From the NCBI GenBank assembly GCA_025966295.1, contig JAOPVD010000034.1, positions 1 to 37,655 on the forward strand: a DNA stretch of 37,655 bases, in the 5' to 3' direction. Of this stretch, positions 1 through 7,872 are shown piece after piece (within the stretch, counting starts at the first letter, position 1; each line of letters starts with the position of its first letter). The position numbers and the translations under genes were made by a program. This DNA comes from Frankiales bacterium. GTDB lineage: Bacteria; Actinomycetota; Actinomycetes; Mycobacteriales; SCTD01. The notes beneath the pieces are model-generated. The model saw only the letters and a list, made by a program, of their open reading frames with translations, did not search any database and was not told the DNA's origin.

Positions 1-1269
1 GTCTGAGCCCTCCGAACGTGGGCGCTGGTTCCGTGGATCACCGGAGGGGGGCGGGGGGGCCGAGGGGGCCGGAGCGACGGTGGGGGGGACCGGGGGTGCG
101 GTACCGGTGATGTCGAGGCGACGCTCGAGGCGCTCGAGGCGGGTCATCATGGCGGCGTCGTCGGAGGACGCGGAGGGCAGCAGCACCCGGGCGCAGACCA
201 GCTCGAGGAGCAGCCGCGGCGAGGTGGTGCCGCGCATCTCGGTCAGTCCGGCGTGGAACAGGTCCGCGGCCCGCGACAGGCCGGCGGTGCCGAGCGAGGC
301 GGCCTGCCGGGCCATCGCGGCGAGCTGGTCGGGCGGGCAGTCGAGCAGCCCCTTGTCGCCGGCCTCGGGTACGGCGTCGAGCACCACCAGGTCGCGCAAC
401 CGCTCCAGGACGTCGGCGGCGAACCGGCGCGGGTCGTGGCCGTTCTCCATGACCCGGTCGACGGTGGCGAACACGGCCGCGCCGTCCCGGACCGCGAACG
501 CGTCCACGACGTCGTCGAGCAGCGTGTCCGGGGTGACCCCGAGCAGCGAGGCGGCGGCCTCGCGGGTGACGCCGGCACTGCCGGCCGACGCCAGCACCTG
601 GTCCAGGATCGACAGTCCGTCACGGGCGCTGCCGGCGGCCGCCCGCACCACCAGCGGCAGCACCGTCGGGTCGACGGCGATGCCCTCCTTGTCGACGACG
701 TCCTGCAGCAGCGCGGTGAGCTCGCGGCGCGGCATCAGCCGGAACGGGTAGTGGTGGGTGCGCGAGCGGATGGTGGCGAGCACCTTCTCCGGCTCGGTGG
801 TCGCGAACACGAAGCGCAGGAAGTCCGGCGGTTCCTCGACCAGCTTGAGGAGGGCGTTGAAGCCCTCCCGCGACACCATGTGCGCCTCGTCGATGATGTA
901 GATCTTGAACTGGCTGGAGACGGGCGCGTAGAAGGCCCGCTCACGCAGGTCGCGGGCGTCGTCGACACCACCGTGCGAGGCCGCGTCGATCTCGACGACG
1001 TCCAGCGAGCCGGGGCCCATGGGGGCCAGCGCGATGCAGCTGTCGCAGAGCCCGCACGGGTCGGGCGTGGGGCCCTTCTCGCAGTTGAGGGAGCGGGCCA
1101 GGATCCGGGCGCTGGACGTCTTGCCGCATCCGCGCGGACCGCTGAACAGGTACGCGTGGTGCACGCGTCCGTTGCGGAGCGCCTGCTGGAGGGGGCCGGT
1201 GACGTGCTCCTGGCCCTTGACCTCGGCGAAGCTCCCGGGCCGGTACTTCCGGTACAGCGCCAGGCTCAC
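1..1269 (-). CDS. dnaX: DNA polymerase III subunit gamma/tau (C-terminus runs off the window)
   Basis: Not in the ORF track; translated by hand from GTG at 1269: MSLALYRKYRPGSFAEVKGQEHV...LFSGPRGCGKTSSARILARSLNC...CGLCDSC...EIDAASHGGVDDAR...IIDEAHM...ATIRSR. Adjacent to the SRP RNA, as is usual. Confidence 0.97.
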   Translation of the reverse strand, partial: MSLALYRKYRPGSFAEVKGQEHVTGPLQQALRNGRVHHAYLFSGPRGCGKTSSARILARSLNCEKGPTPDPCGLCDSCIALAPMGPGSLDVVEIDAASHGGVDDARDLRERAFYAPVSSQFKIYIIDEAHMVSREGFNALLKLVEEPPDFLRFVFATTEPEKVLATIRSRTHHYPFRLMPRRELTALLQDVVDKEGIAVDPTVLPLVVRAAAGSARDGLSILDQVLASAGSAGVTREAAASLLGVTPDTLLDDVVDAFAVRDGAAVFATVDRVMENGHDPRRFAADVLERLRDLVVLDAVPEAGDKGLLDCPPDQLAAMARQAASLGTAGLSRAADLFHAGLTEMRGTTSPRLLLELVCARVLLPSASSDDAAMMTRLERLERRLDITGTAPPVPPTVAPAPSAPPPPSGDPRNQRPRSEGSD

Positions 1270-1299
1270 GCGGTCATCCTCCCTGGGGCTCCAGCTGAA

Positions 1300-1391
1300 G
1301 GACCCCTCGCGCACCCGCCCAGAGCCCGCCTGCCCTTGCTGCCTTCCGGCCCTGGGGGAGTTCAGCGAGATGGGCGCCGCACGAGGGGTCT
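1300..1391 (-). ncRNA. ffs: Signal recognition particle small RNA (4.5S)
   Basis: Reverse complement contains the domain IV motif CAGGGCCGGAAGGCAGCAAGGG inside a long stem closed by GACCCCTCG...CGAGGGGTC; sits directly upstream of dnaX. Confidence 0.93.
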
Positions 1392-1471
1392 GCTGCCACT
1401 CTAGCCCGGGCTGCGGGCAGCGTCGGGAGCGCCGTACCCGGCCCGCGGCGCGACCTTGTAATCTCGTCGGC

Positions 1472-1560
1472 GGAGGATTCGCCTAGTTGGCCTATGGCGC
1501 ACGCTTGGAAAGCGTGTTGGGGGCAACCCCTCGCGAGTTCGAATCTCGCATCCTCCGCCA
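1472..1560 (+). tRNA. tRNA-Ser(GGA)
   Basis: GGAGGAT/ATCCTCC acceptor stem, anticodon arm CACGC-TTGGAAA-GCGTG, long variable arm, GTTCGAATC T-loop, encoded CCA. Confidence 0.97.
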
Positions 1561-1566
1561 CCACGA

Positions 1567-1598
1567 CGAGCCCGTCCCCTGCCAAGGGGGCGGGTTCG
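1567..1598. terminator. GC-rich hairpin between tRNA-Ser and the convergent ORF
   Basis: CGAGCCCGTCCCCT-GCCA-AGGGGGCGGGTTCG, 14-bp stem including two G-U pairs; no U-tract. Confidence 0.65.
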
Positions 1599-1608
1599 GT
1601 CGCTTCCG

Positions 1609-1995
1609 CTACAGGATCAGGGCGCGCTGGGACGGCGCGAACACCGCGTCCCCGGTGTAGCTGACGACGACCTGGTCGGCGTCCAGCGGCAGGGCCCAGC
1701 GGGCCGTGACGCTGCCGCCGCTCACCTGCGCCTGGGCGAGGACCTGCTCACCGGCCTGCACCAGCAGCCAGCCGCCGGGGCTGCCGGCCCCGGCGCCGGC
1801 CTTGACGGGCTTGACGGTGGCGGTGGTGGTGCGGACCCCGTCGGTCGCGGTGCTGGTGACGACCGACAGCACCGTGGCGACCTTGCGGTCCGGGATCGGC
1901 CCGGCGTCGCGCGCAGCGACAGCGGCGCCCAACCCGACGGCCTCCCGCATATCGACGTCGCTCTGGTCCTGGCGCGGTACGGCGTTGTCGGGCAT
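1609..1995 (-). CDS. Small protein with probable Ig-like (Big_3-type) C-terminal domain
   Basis: ATG at 1995 after AGGAGAAGG; ends in beta-rich ...GSVTARWALP...VVVSYTGDAVFAPS, typical of bacterial Ig-like group 3 repeats. The longer 478-aa call is the antisense shadow of 2408-3283. Confidence 0.6.
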   Translation of the reverse strand: MPDNAVPRQDQSDVDMREAVGLGAAVAARDAGPIPDRKVATVLSVVTSTATDGVRTTTATVKPVKAGAGAGSPGGWLLVQAGEQVLAQAQVSGGSVTARWALPLDADQVVVSYTGDAVFAPSQRALIL

Positions 1996-2321
1996 GACCT
2001 TCTCCTGGGCACTCGGTCCTGGCCCGGCTCGGCCAGTCGCCACCCACGGTCCTCTGCCGGTTTCGTCGGTTCTGTCTCCCCGGCGACAGAACCGCTGTCC
2101 GGCTGGCGACATGGACGGGTGTTCACCCCGGGGCAGGTCCTGACGGCGCCGGGGCCGGCCGGGGTTCCACTCGACGTACTCGGTGCGGGTGGCCGAGGTG
2201 ACTCGGTCAGCACGTCCCCCCGACCTATCCGCGGGCGTGCGTTCACCCGTCCGGGTGGTGGCCGGCCGAGGCCGTACCCCCGGCCGGTACCGCCGCGATG
2301 ACGGGGTGGAGCAGCCGCTCC

Positions 2322-2396
2322 CGACAAAGGCAAACCCGTCGCGATGCGGGGACGCAAAGCCACGGGGCCTCGCCTGCCGAGGTAGCCCAGCCGCCC
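2322..2396 (+). promoter_or_regulatory. c-di-GMP-I (GEMM) riboswitch
   Basis: AAAGGCAAACCCGTCGCGATGCGGGGACGCAAAGCCACGGGGCCTCG...GAGGTAGCCCAGCCGCC has the GGCAAAC...GACGCAAAGC...GCC layout of the family, just upstream of the GAGGAG RBS of 2408. Confidence 0.85.
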
Positions 2397-2407
2397 AGAG
2401 GAGAACC

Positions 2408-3283
2408 ATGCGCATCCGTACCGCCGCCATCCCGGCCGGGGTTGCCCTGTTCCTGGTGACTGCCGTCGCCGGGCCCGCCACCGCAGCCGCCTCCCCCGAC
2501 ACCGACCGGGACGGGATGTCGAACGCCTGGGAGAAGGCCCACAAGCTCAACCCCCGGAACGCGGCCGACGCCAAGACCGACCTCGACCAGGACGGTCTGA
2601 ACAACCTGGCCGAGTACCGGCTCAAGGGCAACCCGCGGGACGAGGACACCGACAACGACGGCCAGGACGACGGCGACGAGCGCTCGAGCCGCACCCGCGT
2701 CGACAAGGCCGACACCGACGGCGACCGGGTCCCGGACGGCGACGAGGACGCCGACCGCGACGGCATCGCCAACGAGGACGAGGACGACGCCACGGAGGCC
2801 TGCAAGGCCGACGACGACGACGTGGACGGGGACAACGTCGACGACGAGGACGAGAACGAGCAGCGCCTCAAGGTCGGTTCCGCCGACAGCGACCGGGACG
2901 GCATCCGGGACGGTGACGAGGACGCCGACGGCGATGGCGAGGCCAACGAGGACGAGGACGACCTGGTCGTCGACAAGTGCAGCGGCGACCGCAACGGCGA
3001 CGGACGCGACGACGAGGACGCAGGTGACGCCTTCGGCACGATCACGTCCTACGACGCCGACAGCGGCGTGCTCAGCCTGGTGGCCCCCAACGGCAGGCAG
3101 CTCACGGTGCCGGTCACCGACGAGACCGAGATCGAGCTCGTCGGCCCCGGCAAGGACGCTGACGGCACCGTCGAGGACCTGCAGGCCGGCCGCGGTGTCG
3201 CGGAGCTCGACATCGAGGACGGCGCGCTGGAGGAGATCGCGCTGCTGCCGGCGCAGGAGCCGGGCGCGCCCGCCGCAGCTTGA
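2408..3283 (+). CDS. Secreted acidic protein with thrombospondin type-3-like DxDxDG calcium-binding repeats
   Basis: GAGGAG RBS, signal peptide (MRIRTAAIPAGVALFLVTAVAGPATAAA), repeated DTDRDG/DLDQDG/DTDNDG/DTDGDR/DADRDG/DSDRDG/DADGDG units. Confidence 0.85.
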   Translation: MRIRTAAIPAGVALFLVTAVAGPATAAASPDTDRDGMSNAWEKAHKLNPRNAADAKTDLDQDGLNNLAEYRLKGNPRDEDTDNDGQDDGDERSSRTRVDKADTDGDRVPDGDEDADRDGIANEDEDDATEACKADDDDVDGDNVDDEDENEQRLKVGSADSDRDGIRDGDEDADGDGEANEDEDDLVVDKCSGDRNGDGRDDEDAGDAFGTITSYDADSGVLSLVAPNGRQLTVPVTDETEIELVGPGKDADGTVEDLQAGRGVAELDIEDGALEEIALLPAQEPGAPAAA

Positions 3284-3312
3284 TCCCGCCCTCTCGACCC
3301 CTTGGAGACCTC

Positions 3313-3669
3313 GTGCCGCACTCCCTCGGCGCCCCCCTCGGCTGGCCGGCCCGAGTGCCTGCCGCGCCGGAGCACCCGGCGCGGGCGGACTGCCGCTGCT
3401 ACTGGTGCTGCACCGCCGCCGCCGCCGAGCTCTACCGCGACGCCCTGGCCCGGGTGACCGAAATGAGCCTGACGGAGGCCGCCCGCGCCGCCGGCGCCCG
3501 GACTCCCGAGGAGGTGTCGGTGCTCGCCGCGGAGATCAGCAGCGAGCGTCAGCGGCTCGGGCCTGACGCCGCCGGCCGGGTGGAGGCTGTGGAGGGCCGC
3601 CATCAGGCGCCGGAGCCGACGGGTGCTCCTACTGCGGGCGCAGGGCCATCCACAGCGCCGTCGCGCTGA
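3313..3669 (+). CDS. Hypothetical protein with a CRCYWCC cysteine cluster
   Basis: GGAG 6 nt upstream of GTG at 3313; helical middle segment; the 3' end overlaps the convergent regulator by 41 nt. Confidence 0.4.
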   Translation: MPHSLGAPLGWPARVPAAPEHPARADCRCYWCCTAAAAELYRDALARVTEMSLTEAARAAGARTPEEVSVLAAEISSERQRLGPDAAGRVEAVEGRHQAPEPTGAPTAGAGPSTAPSR

Positions 3670-4204
3670 CCTTGCCCGGGTTGCGCCAGGAGTGCGTCTG
3701 CACGGTGCGGAAGTGCAGCGAGTCCCCCGGCTTGAGCCGGTAGACCTGCTCGTTGACGACGAACTCCAGCTGGCCGTCGAGCACGTGGACCAGCTCCTCG
3801 CCGGGGTGCACCAGAGGGCGGTCGCCGCTGCTCGCGCCCGGCTCGACGGTGGCTCGGGCACCGGCCAGGAAGAAGCGCCCGTAGGTCCCGCTGATACCGG
3901 CCAGGCCGATGCCCGTGTGCGAGGTGTAGATCGGGCGCTGGTCGCCGTCCTTGGTGAAGACGGTGGGGTCGGAGGTGTCCCCCGCCTCGTCGACGAAGTA
4001 CGCCACCGGCCGCCCGAGCGCACCCGCCACCTTCAGCAGCGTGGTGATCGTGGGGACCATCCCGCCCTGCTCGATCTTGTGGATGGCCGCGGCCGAGACC
4101 TCGGAGCGCTCCGCCAGCTGCTGGAGCGACAGGCCGGCCTGCTTGCGCAGGGTGCGGACCTTCGGGCCGATGTCGGACACGATCCGTGTCAGCTCTTCGG
4201 TCAT
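3629..4204 (-). CDS. XRE-family HTH transcriptional regulator with C-terminal cupin domain
   Basis: IGPKVRTLRKQAGLSLQQLAERSEVSAAAIHKIEQG...PTITTLLKVA (HTH_3); HPGEELVHVLDG...LKPGDSLHF...HSWRN (cupin). ATG at 4204 after AAGGAGGGAGG. Confidence 0.93.
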   Translation of the reverse strand: MTEELTRIVSDIGPKVRTLRKQAGLSLQQLAERSEVSAAAIHKIEQGGMVPTITTLLKVAGALGRPVAYFVDEAGDTSDPTVFTKDGDQRPIYTSHTGIGLAGISGTYGRFFLAGARATVEPGASSGDRPLVHPGEELVHVLDGQLEFVVNEQVYRLKPGDSLHFRTVQTHSWRNPGKVSATALWMALRPQ

Positions 4205-4264
4205 GCCCCGCCCTCCCTCCTTGCCCGACCGGGATCCAGAAGGCTGGGCCGAGGTTGCGAACCC

Positions 4265-4329
4265 TTTCACAACCGTGAACTCGGGCGTGGGCTTGACGCT
4301 GCTCCTCCGGGATGTCCAACATAGTGAAC
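4265..4329. promoter_or_regulatory. Divergent promoter region with two 16-bp palindromic operator candidates
   Basis: TTTCAC-AACC-GTGAAC (4265-4280) and GTCCAA-CATA-GTGAAC (4314-4329) flank a TTGACG -35-like hexamer (4293-4298). Confidence 0.65.
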
Positions 4330-4372
4330 GCTTCGTCCCCGATGTTCAATGGCTTGTCCCGAAGGAGTTCAC

Positions 4373-5704
4373 GTGTCCCGTCGCATCGTCATCGTTGGTG
4401 GAGGTGCCGCCGGCATCGGTGCGGCAGGTGCGGCCAAGGGCACCGACCCGACCGCCGAGATCACCGTGTTCACCGAGTACCAGGACGCGGCCTACAGCCC
4501 GTGCGGCATCCCCTACGTGCACGGCAAGGAGATCCCCGACTTCGAGCGCCTGTTCCTCGGAACCAAGCAGCAGTACGCCGACCAGGGGATCGACATCCGC
4601 TACGAGACCCGGGTCGACAGCTACGACCTGGGCGCCAAGACGGTCTCGGTCGGAGGGCAGCAGCTGCCGTTCGACGCCCTGGTGGTGGGCAGCGGCTGGA
4701 ACTACGGCAAGCCCGACGTGCCCGGTAACGAGCTGTCCGGGATCTACTACATGAAGAACATCCGCGAGGCCATGGAGTGGGACAAGGTCCTCGACACCGT
4801 GAAGAGCGCGGTCGTCCTGGAGGCCGGACCGCTCGGACTCGAGATGGTCACGGCCCTCGCCCACCGCGGGATCGAGACGCACCTCGTCGACCCGACCCCG
4901 TGGGCGCTGTCGATGGCGACCGACCCCGACATCGCCAAGCCCGTCGAGGACTCCTGGGTCGAGATGGGCGTCCACCTGCACTTCAACACCAAGCTGGAGG
5001 AGATCCTCGGCGACGAGAACGGCGCCGTCCGCGGAGTCCGCACCTCCGACGGCGACATCCCCTGCCAGCTGCTGGTCGTCGCCACGCACAAGGTCCCGAA
5101 CACTGACATCGGGCAGGCAGCGGGCCTCAAGGTCGGCTCGGCCGGTGGCTTCATCGTCGACGAGTCCATGGCCACCTCGGTGCCGGGCGTGTGGGCGGCC
5201 GGGGACTGCATCGAGGTACCGCACGGCGTCTCCAACGTGCCCGTGCAAGGCCTGTCCGGCAGCCACGCCTACGCCCAGGGCAAGGTGGCGGGCATCAACG
5301 CTGCCGGCGGGCAGCGCGCCTACCAGCCGGTCTACGTGCCGTGGGGCATGGTCGCCGGCAAGTGGATGATCGGCGGGGTGAGCTTCAGCGAGACCCTCGC
5401 GACCGCGCTCGGCGTGCCCTTCGTGATGGGCGTCGCGCAGGGCATCTCGCGCGCCCGGTACTACCCGGACATGAAGCCGGTGAAGGTGAAGCTGCTCGCC
5501 GAGCCGGGGACCCTGCGGCTCATCGGCGCCCAGATGGTGGGTGGCGAGGGCATCAAGGAGCGGGCAGACTTCCTGGCCATGGCAGTGCGTACCGGCATCA
5601 CGCTCAGGGACCTGGCCACCATGGAGAACGTGTACTCGCCGCCCATCGGCGCGCTCAACGAGCCGATCGCGCTGGCCGCGCAGAACGCGCTGTCGAAGCT
5701 GTGA
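4373..5704 (+). CDS. FAD-dependent pyridine nucleotide-disulfide oxidoreductase, CoA-disulfide reductase/NADH oxidase type
   Basis: AAGGAG RBS + GTG; GGGAAG FAD motif, single redox Cys in YSPCGIPY, TSVPGVWAAGDC, RYYP, YSPP dimerisation motif. Confidence 0.9.
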   Translation: MSRRIVIVGGGAAGIGAAGAAKGTDPTAEITVFTEYQDAAYSPCGIPYVHGKEIPDFERLFLGTKQQYADQGIDIRYETRVDSYDLGAKTVSVGGQQLPFDALVVGSGWNYGKPDVPGNELSGIYYMKNIREAMEWDKVLDTVKSAVVLEAGPLGLEMVTALAHRGIETHLVDPTPWALSMATDPDIAKPVEDSWVEMGVHLHFNTKLEEILGDENGAVRGVRTSDGDIPCQLLVVATHKVPNTDIGQAAGLKVGSAGGFIVDESMATSVPGVWAAGDCIEVPHGVSNVPVQGLSGSHAYAQGKVAGINAAGGQRAYQPVYVPWGMVAGKWMIGGVSFSETLATALGVPFVMGVAQGISRARYYPDMKPVKVKLLAEPGTLRLIGAQMVGGEGIKERADFLAMAVRTGITLRDLATMENVYSPPIGALNEPIALAAQNALSKL

Positions 5705-5967
5705 GCGCACCCAGGCAGTCCTTCCCGCGCTGGCTGCGCAGCACCTCCGAGCACCACCTGCTGGTGGTCGCCCAGGCCAAGGTGGCGCGTCGCAACGGGC
5801 TGGTGCCGCCCAAGCCCCACGGTCTCGACATCTTCTGGCAGAAGGTCTACGCGCCCGTCTTCTACCTCCTGCCGTATTCGCTCCGGGCCAAGGCGGCCAA
5901 CGCCCTGCCCGGCAGCCACAAGCAGACCTGGCACCAGCCCGATCAGGTGAAGGGGCCGGCCGTCTGA
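5701..5967 (+). CDS. Hypothetical 88-aa basic protein
   Basis: GTG overlaps the upstream stop (GTGA); reads as a real protein (SFPRWLRST...FWQKVYAPVFYLLPY...LPGSHKQTW) with G/C third positions. Confidence 0.75.
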   Translation: MSAPRQSFPRWLRSTSEHHLLVVAQAKVARRNGLVPPKPHGLDIFWQKVYAPVFYLLPYSLRAKAANALPGSHKQTWHQPDQVKGPAV

Positions 5968-6025
5968 GGCACGACCGCACGACCGCACGCAGAAACGACC
6001 CCTGTCGCCCTTGGAGGCAACACGC

Positions 6026-6517
6026 ATGAGCTCGCAGACCAACAACATCCCGAGGGCCCAAGAGGGCGACATCCTCTACGACACCAGCGAGAAGGTCTTC
6101 CCGGACATCCAGGCGGAGCCGGGTGAGACGGCCTTCGTGTTCATCCACTCGGTGCCCTTCGAGGGCTCCGTGGCGCTGGTCAACCTGCTCACCTCGACGC
6201 GCCTGCGTCGCAAGGGCTTCGACGTCAGCATCGTGCTGTACGGCCCGGCCGTCCTCATCGCCTCCGCCACCCGGGGCTACCCGTCCGTGGGCAAGGAGGG
6301 CTTCCCCGGCAACCTGTCGATGAACAAGCAGCTCAAGGTCCTCATGGACGAGGGCGCCAAGATCTACGCCTGCCGCTTCGCGATGGGTGCGCTCTACGGC
6401 ATGCGCGAGGACGACCTCATCGAGGGCGTCAAGGCCTTCAGCCCGCTCGACGTGCTCGACTCCGCGCTGACCGCGTGGCGTCAGAAGTCCTTCCAGCTCA
6501 ACACCTGGACGGTCTGA
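6026..6517 (+). CDS. MSMEG_0572/Sll0783-family DsrE-like protein (Nit1C NitB homolog)
   Basis: GGAGG RBS; EKVFPDIQAEPGE, HSVPFEGS, RLRRKGF, LYGP, IYACRFA, PLDVLD and terminal TWTV match the recalled family motifs. Confidence 0.9.
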   Translation: MSSQTNNIPRAQEGDILYDTSEKVFPDIQAEPGETAFVFIHSVPFEGSVALVNLLTSTRLRRKGFDVSIVLYGPAVLIASATRGYPSVGKEGFPGNLSMNKQLKVLMDEGAKIYACRFAMGALYGMREDDLIEGVKAFSPLDVLDSALTAWRQKSFQLNTWTV

Positions 6518-6533
6518 CCGGCTTTCCTGCAAG

Positions 6534-6574
6534 GCGTCGTACGGCGGCCCCAGACCTCGGCCGTCGTACGACGC
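6534..6574 (+). terminator. Strong intra-operon hairpin (attenuator or mRNA stabiliser)
   Basis: GCGTCGTACGGCGGCC-N9-GGCCGTCGTACGACGC, 16-bp stem with one G-U pair. Confidence 0.6.
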
Positions 6575-6598
6575 ACCACCCTCGAGGCAAGGACAGTC

Positions 6599-7267
6599 AT
6601 GGACGGCGTTCACGACATGGGCGGCAGGCCCGAGCACTTCGGGCCACTGAAGCCGCTCGACCCGGCGGAGAAGCCCTTCGGTGAGCCCTGGGAGGGACGG
6701 GCCTTTGCCGTGACCCTCCTGGCCAACCGCGCCGCCACGGCCTCCAACCTGCACGCCTTCCGGCACGCGCTCGAGCGCGTCCCCGAGAAGGAGTACCTGG
6801 CCGACTACTACGGCCGCTGGCTCGGCAGCGCCGAGATCCTGCTGGTCGAGAGCGGCCTGCTGGCGCCCGGCGCCGTCGAGGCGCGCGCCCGCAAGCTGCG
6901 CGGCGAGGCGGTCGAGGATCCGGCCGACCCCGAGCCGAACAAGCCCACCATGGAGAGTGGTGGCGGCGGCAACCTACGGAGCGTCGAGGCGGCCCCCGCC
7001 TTCGCCGTAGGTGACCGCGTCACGACCAGCAGCGACGCGGCCAGCGGCCACACCCGCCTGCCCGGCTACGTCCGCGCCAAGGTCGGTACCGTCACGGCGC
7101 TGCGCCCGGCGCAGGTGCTGCCCGACACCGCGGCGCACTTCATCGGGGAGAACCCGCAGCACGTCTACAGCGTCACCTACGACGCCCACGACCTGTGGCG
7201 CGCCGACAGCGAGCCGTTCAGCCTGACCATCGACCTCTACGAGAACTACCTGGAGCGCGCGCAGTGA
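6599..7267 (+). CDS. nthB: Nitrile hydratase beta subunit
   Basis: [54 protein letters not shown]. Confidence 0.95.
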   Translation: MDGVHDMGGRPEHFGPLKPLDPAEKPFGEPWEGRAFAVTLLANRAATASNLHAFRHALERVPEKEYLADYYGRWLGSAEILLVESGLLAPGAVEARARKLRGEAVEDPADPEPNKPTMESGGGGNLRSVEAAPAFAVGDRVTTSSDAASGHTRLPGYVRAKVGTVTALRPAQVLPDTAAHFIGENPQHVYSVTYDAHDLWRADSEPFSLTIDLYENYLERAQ

Positions 7268-7872
7268 CGCAGGCAGACATGCAGCCCGGCATCGACCTGG
7301 CGCTGCGGACCGAGGCCCTCGAGTCCCTGCTGCTGGAGCGCGGCCTGGCCGACACCAAGACGATCGAGACCTTCATCGGGATCTACGAGACCCAGGTCGG
7401 CCCGATGAACGGCGCCAAGGTGGTCGCCAAGGCCTGGACCGACCCGGAGTACAAGGCCCGGCTGCTGGCGGAGGGCACCGCGGCCATCGCGGAGCTGGGC
7501 TTCAAGGGCCCGCAGGGCGAGCACATGGTGGTCCTCGAGAACACACCCGCGGTGCACCACGTCGTGGTCTGCACGCTGTGCTCCTGCTACCCCTGGCCCG
7601 TCCTGGGCCTGCCGCCGTCTTGGTACAAGGACTCGGCGTACCGATCGCGCGTGGTCAGGGAGCCGCGCGCGGTGCTGGCCGAGTGGGGCACCGTGCTCGG
7701 CGACGACGTCGAGGTGAAGGTCGTGGACTCCAGCTCGGAGGTCCGCTACTTCGTGCTGCCCGAGCGCCCTGCGGGCACCGAGAGCCTGTCCGAGGAGGAG
7801 CTCGCCGCCCTCGTCACGCGCGACAACATGGTGGGGGTCACCAAGGTCAGCACCGGGGTCGCTGCCCCGTGA
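7264..7872 (+). CDS. nthA: Nitrile hydratase alpha subunit, cobalt type
   Basis: GTGA overlap; [37 protein letters not shown] (CTLCSCY is the Co-type signature), [18 protein letters not shown]. Confidence 0.96.
   Translation: MTQADMQPGIDLALRTEALESLLLERGLADTKTIETFIGIYETQVGPMNGAKVVAKAWTDPEYKARLLAEGTAAIAELGFKGPQGEHMVVLENTPAVHHVVVCTLCSCYPWPVLGLPPSWYKDSAYRSRVVREPRAVLAEWGTVLGDDVEVKVVDSSSEVRYFVLPERPAGTESLSEEELAALVTRDNMVGVTKVSTGVAAP

Noticed and set aside
80-1404. Plus-strand ORFs of 223 and 383 aa (likewise 4346-6766, 9369-10991, 19878-21719, 27965-29521, 34875-36440)
   Set aside because: Stop-poor antisense frames of well-supported genes, expected at this GC content.
2498-3020. GAC-rich repeats as a CRISPR or DNA repeat array
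   Set aside because: They are codons for DxDxDG protein repeats; no constant repeat-spacer structure and no cas genes.
4265-4329. GlnR boxes as the explanation for the repeated motif
   Set aside because: GlnR sites are direct repeats with AC-n9-AC spacing; these are inverted repeats with AC-n8-AC spacing. GlnR input is not excluded.
4373-5704. 2-ketopropyl-CoM oxidoreductase/carboxylase or Nit1C NitH
   Set aside because: It has one Cys in a CoADR-type motif rather than a CxxxxC dithiol, and lacks the flavin-monooxygenase-like features of the MSMEG_0569 family.
5969-5989. GCACGACC tandem repeat (about 2.6 copies) upstream of nitB
   Set aside because: Too short to distinguish from chance in high-GC DNA.
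7264-7872. Nitrile-hydratase-leader (NHLP) RiPP precursor for the radical SAM enzyme
   Set aside because: The protein is a full alpha subunit with an intact CTLCSC metal site and beta and activator partners; no Gly-Gly core peptide or peptidase-transporter seen.
6599-7872. Thiocyanate hydrolase ScnABC
   Set aside because: The beta subunit is a single intact chain starting MDGVHDMGG, not split into two genes; substrate range still needs testing.
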